Positions 1-11,520 of a DNA stretch of 23,395 nt are shown one piece after another (within the stretch, counting starts at the first letter, position 1; every line of letters begins with the position of its first letter). This stretch comes from Paraspadella gotoi. Its lineage: Eukaryota; Animalia; Chaetognatha. The position numbers and the translations under genes were made by a program. Location: NCBI GenBank assembly GCA_051294375.1, contig CM119264.1:469706-493100 (forward strand), in the 5' to 3' direction. Below the pieces are notes generated by a model, which was given only the letters and a program-made list of their open reading frames with translations, made no database searches and was not told the DNA's origin.

Positions 1-191
1 GGAGGAGGAGAAGGGTTGATTGGGCGAGAGATGGACGACCCATTGAAAAGTGGAGGAAGAAAAAGAAGAACAAGAAATTTGAACATAAAGTGGAACCAAA
101 AAAAAAGAAGAACAAGCGCGGCAAAAAAAGGCAAAGAATAACAATGTCCAGGGACCAGGGGAACAACTCTTTTACAAGCAAAGACTCACCC

Positions 192-395
192 TGCTCCATG
201 CCTCTTTGAGAGAACTTCTGAAAATCAAGTCTTTTTTACAATAAATACAATAAATACAATTCAAAATAAATTATCAAAATCGAAATTTTTTATTTCAGCA
301 AGTGCTCATATGCGGGCATCCATATTGCACTGAATGCGTAGTCCAACTACTGCGACTAAATTGGATAGCACGCTGCCCGATTTGTTGCGCAAACA
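192..395 (+). pseudogene. C3HC4 RING-finger remnant, two putative exons (192-228, 299-~395), frameshifted in the first CxxC
   Basis: After acceptor TTTTTATTTCAG (ends 298) the frame reads QVLICGHPYCTECVVQLLRLNWIARCPIC, the C-x-H-x2-C-x2-C...C-x2-C half of a RING-HC. Upstream, TGC TCC A TGC CTC TTT GAG AGA ACT TCT GAA AAT CAA|GT (192-230) gives C-S-x-C-LFERTSENQ if 2 nt are restored, joining in phase 0 across a 70-nt GT-AG intron with a weak donor. Confidence 0.6.
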
Positions 396-700
396 TTTTT
401 TTTTTGAAATTAAGGTTAAATATAATTGTCAATGTGTTAATGGTGAAAGACTCTGTTTGCGTCATTAGTTATAAGATGTTCAAAGTTTGAACCCTGCATA
501 CGAAGTCAGTTTTGTTTAAATTATTGTATAAGTAGCTATTAAATCGTTTTGGTCAATTTTTAGATTAATAACAAAATTAATAGCAAAAAAAGAACCCTGA
601 GCCAAAGATTTTTTATCTTGCAGCAGGAATCCCAAAGAAAGATTCAATTTTTAGTGTCAATGTTCCAGAAGAAAAAAAAAAGAAAACAAAAATTAGAATT

Positions 701-751
701 CAGAAGAAAACAAAATTCAGAAGAAAACAAAATTCAGAAGAAAACAAAATT
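701..751 (+). repeat. 17-bp tandem repeat CAGAAGAAAACAAAATT x3
   Basis: Three exact copies at 701-717, 718-734, 735-751. Confidence 0.9.
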
Positions 752-770
752 GCAAGAAATACTGTGAAAG

Positions 771-3162
771 NNNNNNNNNNNNNNNNNNNNNNNNNNNNNN
801 NNNNNNNNNNNNNNNNNNNNNNNNNNNNNNNNNNNNNNNNNNNNNNNNNNNNNNNNNNNNNNNNNNNNNNNNNNNNNNNNNNNNNNNNNNNNNNNNNNNN
901 NNNNNNNNNNNNNNNNNNNNNNNNNNNNNNNNNNNNNNNNNNNNNNNNNNNNNNNNNNNNNNNNNNNNNNNNNNNNNNNNNNNNNNNNNNNNNNNNNNNN
1001 NNNNNNNNNNNNNNNNNNNNNNNNNNNNNNNNNNNNNNNNAAGAACAAGAAAGAGAACATAAAGAAGAAAAATAAAAACAAGTGCGGGAAAGAAAAAGGG
1101 AGGGAAAGAAACACAAACATTAACACAATAGTCAAAAATAACAATGTCCATTTTAACCCATTTCTATATACAGCTTTTTAGATATTTTGACTTCCTAAAT
1201 GACTTCATATCTAATTAGAAAACTAGGGTAGAAAGTCATTTTTAACCTTGTGTTTTATAGATGCTCCATAAAAAAAACACTAACAGCCTTCTCCCCATTA
1301 CAATATTATATAATTAATGTAAAATTTTAAAAGTACCTTTTTCACTATCTTTATTTTTTAAGATTTCAAAAAACTATTATCATTTCATATATTTGTTATA
1401 ATATTTTTTGTCTTAAATATTTAAATATAATATAATATTTATCTATGCTTGGGATGGGGACGTTGTTGATATGTGATATAAATCTACGCTAAGCAGGTTC
1501 ATTCATTCAATGATGAAAAAAAGATTTACTTGTCTTTTTTTGTAGCAAAATATTAATTTAAGCTGAGAAAACTTGTTAAATATTTGAGTGACGGTGTTTA
1601 AAAAAAGGTAAATCTAAACTTTGTCAGATTGTTAAATCTGAATTCGAAATGGTGAGACGCACGAGATAGAACTACAATTCATAAAAAAAGCTTTGGATGC
1701 CGACAAGTCAATTTCACCAATTCTCTTTCTCTCTCTCTTTTTGAGCATATNNNNNNNNNNNNNNNNNNNNNNNNNNNNNNNNNNNNNNNNNNNNNNNNNN
1801 NNNNNNNNNNNNNNNNNNNNNNNNNNNNNNNNNNNNNNNNNNNNNNNNNNNNNNNNNNNNNNNNNNNNNNNNNNNNNNNNNNNNNNNNNNNNNNNNNNNN
1901 NNNNNNNNNNNNNNNNNNNNNNNNNNNNNNNNNNNNNNNNNNNNNNNNNNNNNNNNNNNNNNNNNNNNNNNNNNNNNNNNNNNNNNNNNNNNNNNNNNNN
2001 NNNNNNNNNNNNNNNNNNNNNNNNNNNNNNNNNNNNNNNNNNNNNNNNNNNNNNNNNNNNNNNNNNNNNNNNNNNNNNNNNNNNNNNNNNNNNNNNNNNN
2101 NNNNNNNNNNNNNNNNNNNNNNNNNNNNNNNNNNNNNNNNNNNNNNNNNNNNNNNNNNNNNNNNNNNNNNNNNNNNNNNNNNNNNNNNNNNNNNNNNNNN
2201 NNNNNNNNNNNNNNNNNNNNNNNNNNNNNNNNNNNNNNNNNNNNNNNNNNNNNNNNNNNNNNNNNNNNNNNNNNNNNNNNNNNNNNNNNNNNNNNNNNNN
2301 NNNNNNNNNNNNNNNNNNNNNNNNNNNNNNNNNNNNNNNNNNNNNTCTTTTCCTCTTTCGGTTTCGACCTTGGTCCGACGCAAAAAGGTCGTATGCTCGA
2401 TCCGGTCCTCATTTCCCTTTCAATCTACTTCGATTGAATTACAAGAAGTTGATGATTTCTTGATTGAGGGAGTGAAACCGGGAAATTGTCAATTCCGAAA
2501 AAAGTAGGAGAGNNNNNNNNNNNNNNNNNNNNNNNNNNNNNNNNNNNNNNNNNNNNNNNNNNNNNNNNNNNNNNNNNNNNNNNNNNNNNNNNNNNNNNNN
2601 NNNNNNNNNNNNNNNNNNNNNNNNNNNNNNNNNNNNNNNNNNNNNNNNNNNNNNNNNNNNNNNNNNNNNNNNNNNNNNNNNNNNNNNNNNNNNNNNNNNN
2701 NNNNNNNNNNNNNNNNNNNNNNNNNNNNNNNAGGAAGAAAGAGACATAAAGTTGAAAGGTGAAGCGAGAAAAAGAAAAAGAGAGAGAGGAAGAAGAGTGA
2801 GAAAAAAAAAGAGAAATGGAGAGAGAGATAAAAAGAAAGAGAGAGATAGAGAAAGTGAGTGTAAAAATAAATAGAAAAATAAGGAGAGAAAGATTTTAGT
2901 AACTAAAAACCGGACTCTGAGAATCATCCTCTTAGTCATTCCATCCCNNNNNNNNNNNNNNNNNNNNNNNNNNNNNNNNNNNNNNNNNNNNNNNNNNNNN
3001 NNNNNNNNNNNNNNNNNNNNNNNNNNNNNNNNNNNNNNNNNNNNNNNNNNNNNNNNNNNNNNNNNNNNNNNNNNNNNNNNNNNNNNNNNNNNNNNNNNNN
3101 NNNNNNNNNNNNNNNNNNNNNNNNNNNNNNNNNNNNNNNNNNNNNNNNNNNNNNNNNNNNNN
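771..3162. other. Gap-rich region (N runs 771-1040, 1751-2344, 2513-2731, 2948-3162)
   Basis: Direct observation; further short gaps at 11805-11826 and 17589-17598. Confidence 0.98.
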
Positions 3163-3599
3163 AAAGAGCCAATGGATGCAACTGTTAGCCGGACATCGCA
3201 TAGGTCCACCCCGCATATAAACATGAGTCTTTCAGTCGTGGCCCGGTGGCTCATTGATTAGCCTAAGCAAGTATGACGCCGTCCTATATAAGCGCATTTG
3301 AACGCGTATAAGGACAGTCAACTGCGCCCTTTTCTGTTCACTAAAACTGCTTTTTTCTCTGTTTTGGAATCCCTACCACTATATTTTTATCGGATTACTG
3401 TTTGAGCTCTCTGCCTATCCACGGCGGGGAATCCCCCGCCACTATTTTTGATGGGATTGACGTTTGAACCTAACCGCCGTGAAATCTTCATTATGGGCAC
3501 ATCCTTGTTATTAAATTATTTTAACTGAAACTATAAAAAACCTTAACCAATCAATTTAAAAATAAATATATTATTTGCATTTCGTTCATTCCTTAAACT

Positions 3600-4027
3600 C
3601 CTCTATTTTATTCTCTCTCTCTCGCGTCTATTTCAATCTATTTATATCTTCTCTCCTCTCTCTCTCTCTCCTCTTTCCTTTCAATTCTGTATCCTCTCTC
3701 TTTTCTCACTCTATTTCTTTTTTTCTATTTTTATCTCTGCAGCTTTCTATATCCTTCTCTCTCTCTTTCCACTCTATTTCTGTTTTTTTTCTATTTTATC
3801 TCTCTCTCACTTCTCTCTTTGTCTCTCTTTCTACCTCTCTCTCTTTTTTTATTTTCTATTCTTTCTCTCACTGTCTCTGTCTCTCTTTCTCTCTCTCTAT
3901 CTCTCTCTTGTCCTCTCTTTGTATCTCTATCTCTTTTTCACTCTATTTATTTTCTTTCTATTTTTATCTCTCTTCTCACATCTTCTTTCTTCTCTCTTTG
4001 GTTCTACCTCTCTCCTCTTTCTTTTCC

Positions 4028-4070
<43 letters not shown>

Positions 4071-4073
4071 TTC
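3600..4073. repeat. Degenerate (CT)n/pyrimidine low-complexity tract
   Basis: Almost entirely C/T; explains the Leu/Ser/Phe ORFs in the track. Confidence 0.95.
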
Positions 4074-5200
4074 TAGGGTATGTAGAGCGGTAGTGAAAGT
4101 TATAGGCAAAATTCTAAAATTTTACCTTATGAACAAAACCCATTACTATTCAGTGAACATTAATATATTAAAAAAAATTAATTTTATTTCTCTCAATTTC
4201 GCAGTAAGGCTATATATATATAGTACCTATCTTTCCTTTAATATCAAAAAAATAAAAAGAAAGCAAAAAGAGAAAAATTCAATCTGACCCTCATTCTGTA
4301 TTAATAATACCTGAAGCCCAAAAAAAAAACAAAGAACCGTTTCGAGAGAGAGAGATAGGCAGAGAGAAGATAGAGAGAAGAGAGAGAGTGGCCATTTCTC
4401 GTTCCCGTCATGAATGGCGGGGATTTGCCGGAGATTGATATCCCCGGCGAAAGACCCCCGCAGGGTAGTTGCGGGATAACTTATAGTAGCTTTCCCGATA
4501 ACTGCGCGAAGGTTTAATCCAGTTTTAAACTGCGAGGATGGCCGGCCGCCGTAATCCTCTCCATAGTGGAATCCTAATTATTCATATTAGTAAGAAGAAA
4601 AGAAAAAAAATCTCGCCGGTCGAATTTATGTTAAAAGATCCAATGTCTCTCTAAGAAAAATTGTTTTGCTCCTTCGGATTTCAAACGCCGTCGCAAAACG
4701 CTTACCTTATTTGGAATTATTTTTAGAATTATTTACTTTACAAATGTAAACCAAATTTTACCTCTCTCGCCGTATAAAACTGAATGCCACATTGTATATT
4801 TAGCCAATTCGATTCCATTCGCTTTTCTGGTTTCAATAAATCGATTCATCTCATTTTCTTCGCCATTTTTATCTCGACCACCTCCAATCCATCATATTGT
4901 GACCATCAGGTACGGGGATCGATCCCCAATGATACCTACTCTGCGGGAAGCGTGGGGACATGAAAAACCCTCAAGCCAGGTTCCAAGCTCAGGACCCATT
5001 CCATTGCTGATAAGGGGGTACCGAAGATCTGGATAGTAGGCACCAGGCCTCTTGGCACCATACTCAATATCCATACTACGCCACTTACGCCACCAATAAA
5101 GTCAATGAATGTTACGCCTCTAACGCCACCTATGAAGCCAACGCCAAAGCCGACGTCGACCATAAATCTGGAATGACCTATTCTACCAGATTTTTTCTTC

Positions 5201-5260
5201 CGCCATATTGATGCCATTTTTTCCATAATGATGCCATTTTTGCCATATTGATGCCATTTT
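5201..5260 (+). repeat. 20-bp tandem repeat (~TGCCATATTGATGCCATTTT) x3
   Basis: Units at 5201, 5221, 5241 with 1-2 substitutions. Confidence 0.85.
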
Positions 5261-6400
5261 TGTTCTCCATTGAATCTCGAGACCATTTTATGATCCCTTT
5301 ATCTCACCTATAAGGCGCTACATTATAACTTTAATTTCCAGACCCTCCATATCTAGATTTTTAAAAACTATAAAATAAAATAAAGTTTTTTTAGAAAAGG
5401 AATTAAATTATATCAAAGTAGTTCAAATGGTTTAAAAGATATGTTTTTTTAAACTTAATTATTTTAAAAAAAGAAGAGAAAATCTAATTTTGTTTAAAAT
5501 CTTCAGGATCTGGGTCAATCCAGTTGTCTAGAAAAAATGTCCCGCGCAATTTTTAAATAAATTCGGTCGGCGATTTTATTTTATTTCTTGTATAATAATA
5601 CTTAGTATCTCTACAAGATAATACTTCCGCCAGTAGGAAAAGACGAAGCGATTCCTTTCTCGAAGTGCCAAAGCCTTTACGGCCATAATATATCGGAGTC
5701 ATTGAAGGTTGTAAGCAGCCTTAAAGAGGAATTTTCGTTTTTAACGAGATATTTCGACGGCAGCAAAGCAACTACAATAACAACAACAACAACAATGTTG
5801 AACTAAAACAACAAATAACAACATTTAGACAACCATCCGCCATCTTTTGGTCATTCTTCAACCTTCTATCTCCATTGTCAAATAGTTACGTATAAAAATT
5901 CTAAAAGTCAGTGAACATTATATAATTATTATATTATATATAATATATAAAGTATATATATATATATATTATTATATTACATTATATTATAACAATTATA
6001 ACTATTTTCCAAGAGCGCTCCTCCGAATTCCTGCACTATTTTCCAGTAGCGCCCCATTTTAGATTTGTAATGTTTATTCTAACTGATTTAAATTTAATTT
6101 AATCCCTAATATCTAACTTAAATTTTTTTATAAACTTTATTTTTTCTTGGATTAAAATTAAAATGGGGCCCTTTTAAAATAGCAGGCCCAACCTTCCAAT
6201 CGTCCAAAGGACGTCCTTTTGACCAAAGAGCCGCTCTCAACTCTCCAAAGGCAGAAAAAAAAAGGTTTCGCCGATCGGGGTTGAAAAAAAGAGGTTTAGC
6301 CGATCGGGGGGAAGAAAAAAAAACTCATAACTGGATTAGGTCGTGCCACGACACGGCTTTTCAATAGAACAAACAGGAGAGAGAAAAACAGAGGAGAATT

Positions 6401-6403
<3 letters not shown>

Positions 6404-6456
<53 letters not shown>

Positions 6457-6532
6457 TCACTTCTATTTTTCCAACTATTTTTCCGTTTTTTGGTCTCATA
6501 TCTGCTGTTGGACTGAACTACCCATCTCTCTG

Positions 6533-6608
<76 letters not shown>

Positions 6609-6710
6609 CTCCTCTTCTTTCCCATTAAGACGAACTTACAGCTGGAAAAACAAGAGTTGGAGCGCCGCTTCGTGCTGTTGAGTCGAGAGGCGGGTAGAGA
6701 GAGATGGAGG

Positions 6711-6763
<53 letters not shown>

Positions 6764-6861
6764 GAAAGGTGAGAAAGAGGGAGGAGAGAAAGAGACAGAG
6801 AGAGAGGGGGAGAGAGAGAGAAAAAGGGAGAAGAGAGAGAGGGAGAAAGAGAGAGAGAGAG
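6404..6861. repeat. (CT)n tracts (6404-6605) facing a GA-rich tract (6696-6861)
   Basis: Direct observation; similar (AG)n at 7451-7506 and 8078-8280. Confidence 0.95.
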
Positions 6862-6914
6862 GGGGATGGACGGTCAATGAGGAAGAATTGAACTTATATT
6901 TGTGGTGAAAAGAA

Positions 6915-7265
6915 GTGGTGGTCAGTGGCTATGCAGTGGTGCGTCAGTGAGGATCACTGGTGGGTTAGTGGGATCAGTGGTGGGTCAGTGGGTATCAGGA
7001 GTGGGTTAATTGTGGGTCAATGGGGATCAGTGGAGATCTGCGGTGGGTCAGTGGGATCAGTGGTGCGTCAGTGGGATCGCTACTGGGTCATTGGGTGTCA
7101 GCGGTGGGTCAGTGGGATCATTGGTGGGTCAGAGGGGATGACTGTTGGGTCAGTGGGGATCAGTGGTGGGTCAGTGGTGATTATTGGGGATCAGTGGTGG
7201 GACAGTGGTGGGTCAGTTGGGATCAGTGGTGCGTCAAGTGGGGATCAGTGGTGCGTCAGTGGGAT
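6915..7265 (+). repeat. G-rich minisatellite, ~20-21-bp unit GGGATCAGTGGTGGGTCAGT
   Basis: Many diverged tandem copies of GGATCAGTGG/GGGTCAGTG. Confidence 0.9.
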
Positions 7266-7451
7266 AAAGGAATAGGGTGGAAAGTGTTGAGGCAAAGAAT
7301 GGTATCTGAATGGCTGTTGCTTCTGCGAATGGCGCCGGCGAAACATGGAATTTGGCGCCAACTGACGCCGAGAGAAAACGGGCGTCCATCACGTGACGAA
7401 TAGAGAGAGAGAAAACAAGAGAAAGAATAACAAGAAATGAATTAAGAAAAC

Positions 7452-7509
<58 letters not shown>

Positions 7510-7713
7510 AATGCACGCAATAAAACTAGAGACCATTTGCTCTTTTTTTTAGAAACTTGCAATGAATGCTGAAAGAGAAACTATTTTAGAGTAGGAGACC
7601 TTATTTTAGATTTAAGATTAGACATATTGGTAATAACCTTTCTTTTCGTTGTTCTATGTATTGAGGCAAAATGGTTTTTGTTTTACAACGAATTTTTTTA
7701 TTTTCATAGAAAA

Positions 7714-7756
7714 AACGGACATGTTTCGGTTTTAGTTGCAAGCCTTCTTCAGCGTT
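7714..7756 (-). ncRNA. Minimal type I hammerhead ribozyme, Penelope-like-element (PLE) type
   Basis: Minus strand: AACG CUGAAGA A GG CUUGCAACUAAAA CC GAAAC AU GUC^CGUU. Both core boxes are present, stem I is AACG/CGUU, stem II closes GG/CC, and stem III is the short palindromic ACAUGU. Predicted cleavage between 7718 and 7717. Confidence 0.85.
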
Positions 7757-8074
7757 AAACAATTTGTGAATTTTGGACAGTTTTAAGATTTAAGATTAAA
7801 ATTAAATTAAATTAAATTAAATTATATTAAATGAAAATTCTGGGAAAAAACGAAGAGAAAAAAGAGAGCATATTTTGTAAGGGCATAAAAATTAAAAAAT
7901 ATCTCATCCGATGACTTAGTGAATTACCCATGAGGACATCAACGACGACAAAGAGGAAGACAACGACTACAACGACGACGACAACGACGACGACGATGAG
8001 TCGAAGTCACGATTAGAATTCGGTGACCAAAAGTCGAACTTCTGTCCAAAGGTGACGCAGGTCGATGAGGGGGG

Positions 8075-8142
<68 letters not shown>

Positions 8143-8474
8143 CAGAGAGAGACAGAGTGAGACAGATAGAGAGATAGATAGGTTGTAGAGAGAGAGAGAG
8201 CTTGAGAGAGAGAGAGAGACAGATACACAGATAGAGATAGAGAGAGAAAGAAATTGAGAGAGAGAGAGAGAGAGAGAGATAAAGAAATTGATTGTGAGAG
8301 GTAAGAGAGGGATCTACTTTGTGATTTGTACTGAAAACGAGAATAAAAACGGTTTCACTGTCCTTTCTTTTGTTAAATGTGGCTCTCTTTTTTGAGAGTG
8401 CCCCCTTTCTGTTCGGTTATCCTATAATTAAATTTTTATTTTAATATTTACCTTAAAAATTTTCCTAATCTTTC

Positions 8475-8620
8475 ATCCTAATCCTTAACCTTAACCTAAT
8501 TCTAAACTTTAAATGCTAATCCCAAACCCAAATCTGTCACCCTAATAACAAAACCTAACCCTAACTTTGATAACTATCCTAATCCATAACATAATCCCTA
8601 ACCCTAACTTTTAATCTAAT
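8475..8620. repeat. Degenerate (TAACCC/TAACCT)n telomere-like interstitial tract
   Basis: CCTAACCCTAAC-type units; similar tracts at ~10550-10720, ~13310-13370 and reversed at ~18840-19040. Confidence 0.7.
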
Positions 8621-9400
8621 TTTAATATAAAAAATTAACACAATTCAGATTTTGAAATAAAATGGGTCATTCTGGGAATATAAGGTCGAAAAAAAAACTA
8701 TTTTCTCTAAAAATTATGTTTAAAAATTTTATTTCTTATGGTTAAAATTGATTTGTTCTGAATATATAAATATTTATTTATTCAGCCTTGCTTGATACTA
8801 AAAGTTAATGGTGTAGCTATCAAAACCCCCAGAGGCTCTAGTATGTATAAGTATAATAATTTAAGTAAAAAAATAATAATTATGAAATATATATAAGCCT
8901 GTCCAAAGTCAGGGGCAAGATAGCTTATTTATTAAATGAATGGATAATTTTTATATTGGTTGTACCAATTTCATAAATAATCTATTTGTATATATATAAT
9001 AAATATAAAATCTAATCAATAATGGTTGTTTTTTTTTAATCTATAAAATTGAAAAAGCCAGATTTTACTGAAGATTCTTTTTTTTCCTTTGCTCCCATAC
9101 CTGTGTTTTGGACAATATTTTAATAAATAATAACTCATTTGTATCATAATTGGTGAAATATGGGCGATTCCGGAGTTGAATACACTCTGGAGGCTTATGG
9201 GAAAACGAAGAGAAAGAAGATGAAAAAATAAAGTTCGTTTCTTTTTAAGAAAAAGGGTCATTCAATTCAACTTCAAAATAGGCTAAATTCAGAAAGCTGA
9301 GCTCCTGGCGATTCCGAAAATGTATCCACTTTAAGCATTTGATGCATTCTACCCCATTTTATATCGGTTTTAATTATAATATAAAATAAAAGAAACCTAT

Positions 9401-9674
9401 CTGAAGAGTTGCAGATCAAACGAAAAGGCCAATCCATCTGATATTTTTTATGAATTTTTTATTACTGAATTAGAAAAATGTAATAGAGAGACATTTTTAA
9501 ATTTCAACTTGTATCCTTGAAAATGAAACGTTTTTAAACTTTAACCCTGAATTCTTTCTAACTGGAACGCGTTTATCAAAATGTCTCTCTATTACATTTT
9601 TACAAATGTTTTTAAGATTGCTAATCAAATTTTTAATTCAATATTATTGCAGTCGTTTAGGCTGCAACTCTTCA
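9401..9674. repeat. Nested inverted repeats with degenerate hammerhead-like boxes
   Basis: Perfect 24-bp IR 9474-9497/9578-9601 inside a 19/22-bp IR 9402-9423/9653-9674; the left outer arm reads CTGAAGAGTTGCAGATCAAACGAAA. Confidence 0.8.
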
Positions 9675-10196
9675 AATTCAGTGTAGATTCATTGTAGCTC
9701 GAATTTCTTTACCATCTATTTAACTGAAGATTTTGTTCATGACTGGAAAACCAACAGAGTAACGAGATTAATTGTTTAATTCTCCCCTTCTAAACTATCC
9801 CATACCGCGTTTTAACTTCTTACCTAGAATTTTTTAAAAACCAGATTGAAAAACATATCTTTAAAAAATGTGCTTACCCATTTAACTTAACAATTTTGTT
9901 ATTTACCCATTTAAAAAAAATTATTGAAAACGGAATGTTTACATATAAATAAGAACTTATTTTTTTGTGATTACTGACGACTATATTGTATTTCTCGATA
10001 TATTAGCTCTAACACATCGATGATTACGTATTGTTATGCTGAATGACCTTTCCTCTTAAAAGGAAAAGAAAATCTAAGACTGTAACAACAAAAACGTTGT
10101 AACGTTAAAAACGTTGATAAGCTCCAAAGGCGAAGGATTTCTTTTTTTTTAAATTTTAGTATTTATAGTATTTCTTTTTTACGTTGTCTTTGATAT

Positions 10197-10355
10197 ATAT
10201 TTATAAAGTAACAGAGTTTTTATTTGTGATTACAACATTCATTTAATAATTCGTACATGTTTCGGTTTTTGTTCTTTGAACCTTTATCAGCCAGTTTTGA
10301 AAAATATTTGGATACTAACTTTGAGAGAGAGAGAGAGGGGCAATTTTAACCTTAA

Positions 10356-10407
<52 letters not shown>

Positions 10408-10462
10408 AATTATTAAATGATCGTTGTAATCATAAATAAAAACTCTATTACTTTGTAAATAT
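10197..10462. repeat. 57-bp inverted repeat (10197-10253 / 10406-10462) enclosing the hammerhead and (AG)n/(CT)n
   Basis: Arms match at 52/57 positions by manual alignment. Confidence 0.9.
10248..10296 (-). ncRNA. Degenerate PLE-type hammerhead ribozyme copy
   Basis: Minus: CUGAUAA AGGUUCAAAGAACAAAAACC GAAAC AU GUA^CGAAUU. Same layout as the 7714 copy, but core G8 is A and stem I pairs poorly. Confidence 0.65.
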
Positions 10463-11520
10463 TATTATTATATTTTTTTTTCTAAATTTTTTTATATTAA
10501 AATATTTTTTGAAATTCTAAATTATTTTTTACTTAAGCTGAAACTTAATTTTAAATTTAACCCTAATTTACCCCTAACCCTAACTTACCTCTATCCTTAA
10601 CTTACCCTTAACCCTAACTTACCCCTAACCTATTTTTAACCCTAACCTATTTTTCTAGTTAACTTACACTTATTCTTAATTTATTATTAACCATAATTTA
10701 TCGTAACCTTAATTTTTACCCAAATATATAACAAAAATATCAAATATTAAAGAGAAATTATCCTCTTCTGTTTACGTTTCTTTCGTTCCTCTTCTTTTTC
10801 CGTTAATTCTTAAAGAAAAAACCTTGCTCTTCGTTTTCCATAAGCCTGCAGAGCGTATTGATCTCCAGAAATGCCGATATATGTACATAATTATACATTG
10901 TACATATTATAATTGTACATAATTATGTACATGTATGTGTATATTGTATATGTAATTGTTTTCTTTCGATTTTTAAATTAAAATTCAAAAGTTATGTAAA
11001 ATTTTTGGCGACTCATACAATTTTCAAGCTGACATTTCGCTAATGAATTCATATTAGTTATTTCTCTTTTAAATTCCTTAGATGAGACACATTATTATCA
11101 TGAATAGAAATCGCTAGTACAATTATTTATAGATTATCCAGTTAAATAACTAAGAGAAATCATACCATACTTTAATCAACGCGATTCTCCAATAAATATA
11201 ATAAATAGGTTTTTAGTATCGTATATAATGCCCACATTATAATTTATAACATTAAATAGCGAAGCAATCAATTTAATAATTACCAAAATAGCTCAGGCAT
11301 TTTTTTTTCCTAAGCAAAAACCTTTATACCGCCGCGACATCTTTTGAATTCACCCGAAAAACATTTTAGATTTCAAAAGAACATCAAACTTTTCCCCTGA
11401 TCTTTCACTGGGCCATATTTTCGAATTGTCTCCATTTATAGTTTATATCGAACCTCGCTTATTATTCGCTTGATATTTAATTCGGTTTCACAGATGTTTG
11501 AGCTTTTACGCTGAATCACG

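Noticed and set aside
700-3254. Long ORFs in the track spanning X runs
   Set aside because: Artefacts of N gaps lacking stop codons.
4892-5286. ORFs with TPLTPP-like repeats
   Set aside because: Open in several frames because of short repeats; no recognisable domain or coherent splice model.
6647-6667. RRSNSCF peptide identical to part of NR finger 2
   Set aside because: Lacks the flanking Cys pattern; a 7-aa match among six frames of 23 kb is plausible by chance.
3575-8228. LSLSLS/ERERER and W/G/V/S-rich ORFs
   Set aside because: Translations of micro- and minisatellites.
10914-10931. 18-bp perfect palindrome TGTACATAATTATGTACA
   Set aside because: Arises within a local TGTACAT low-complexity repeat.
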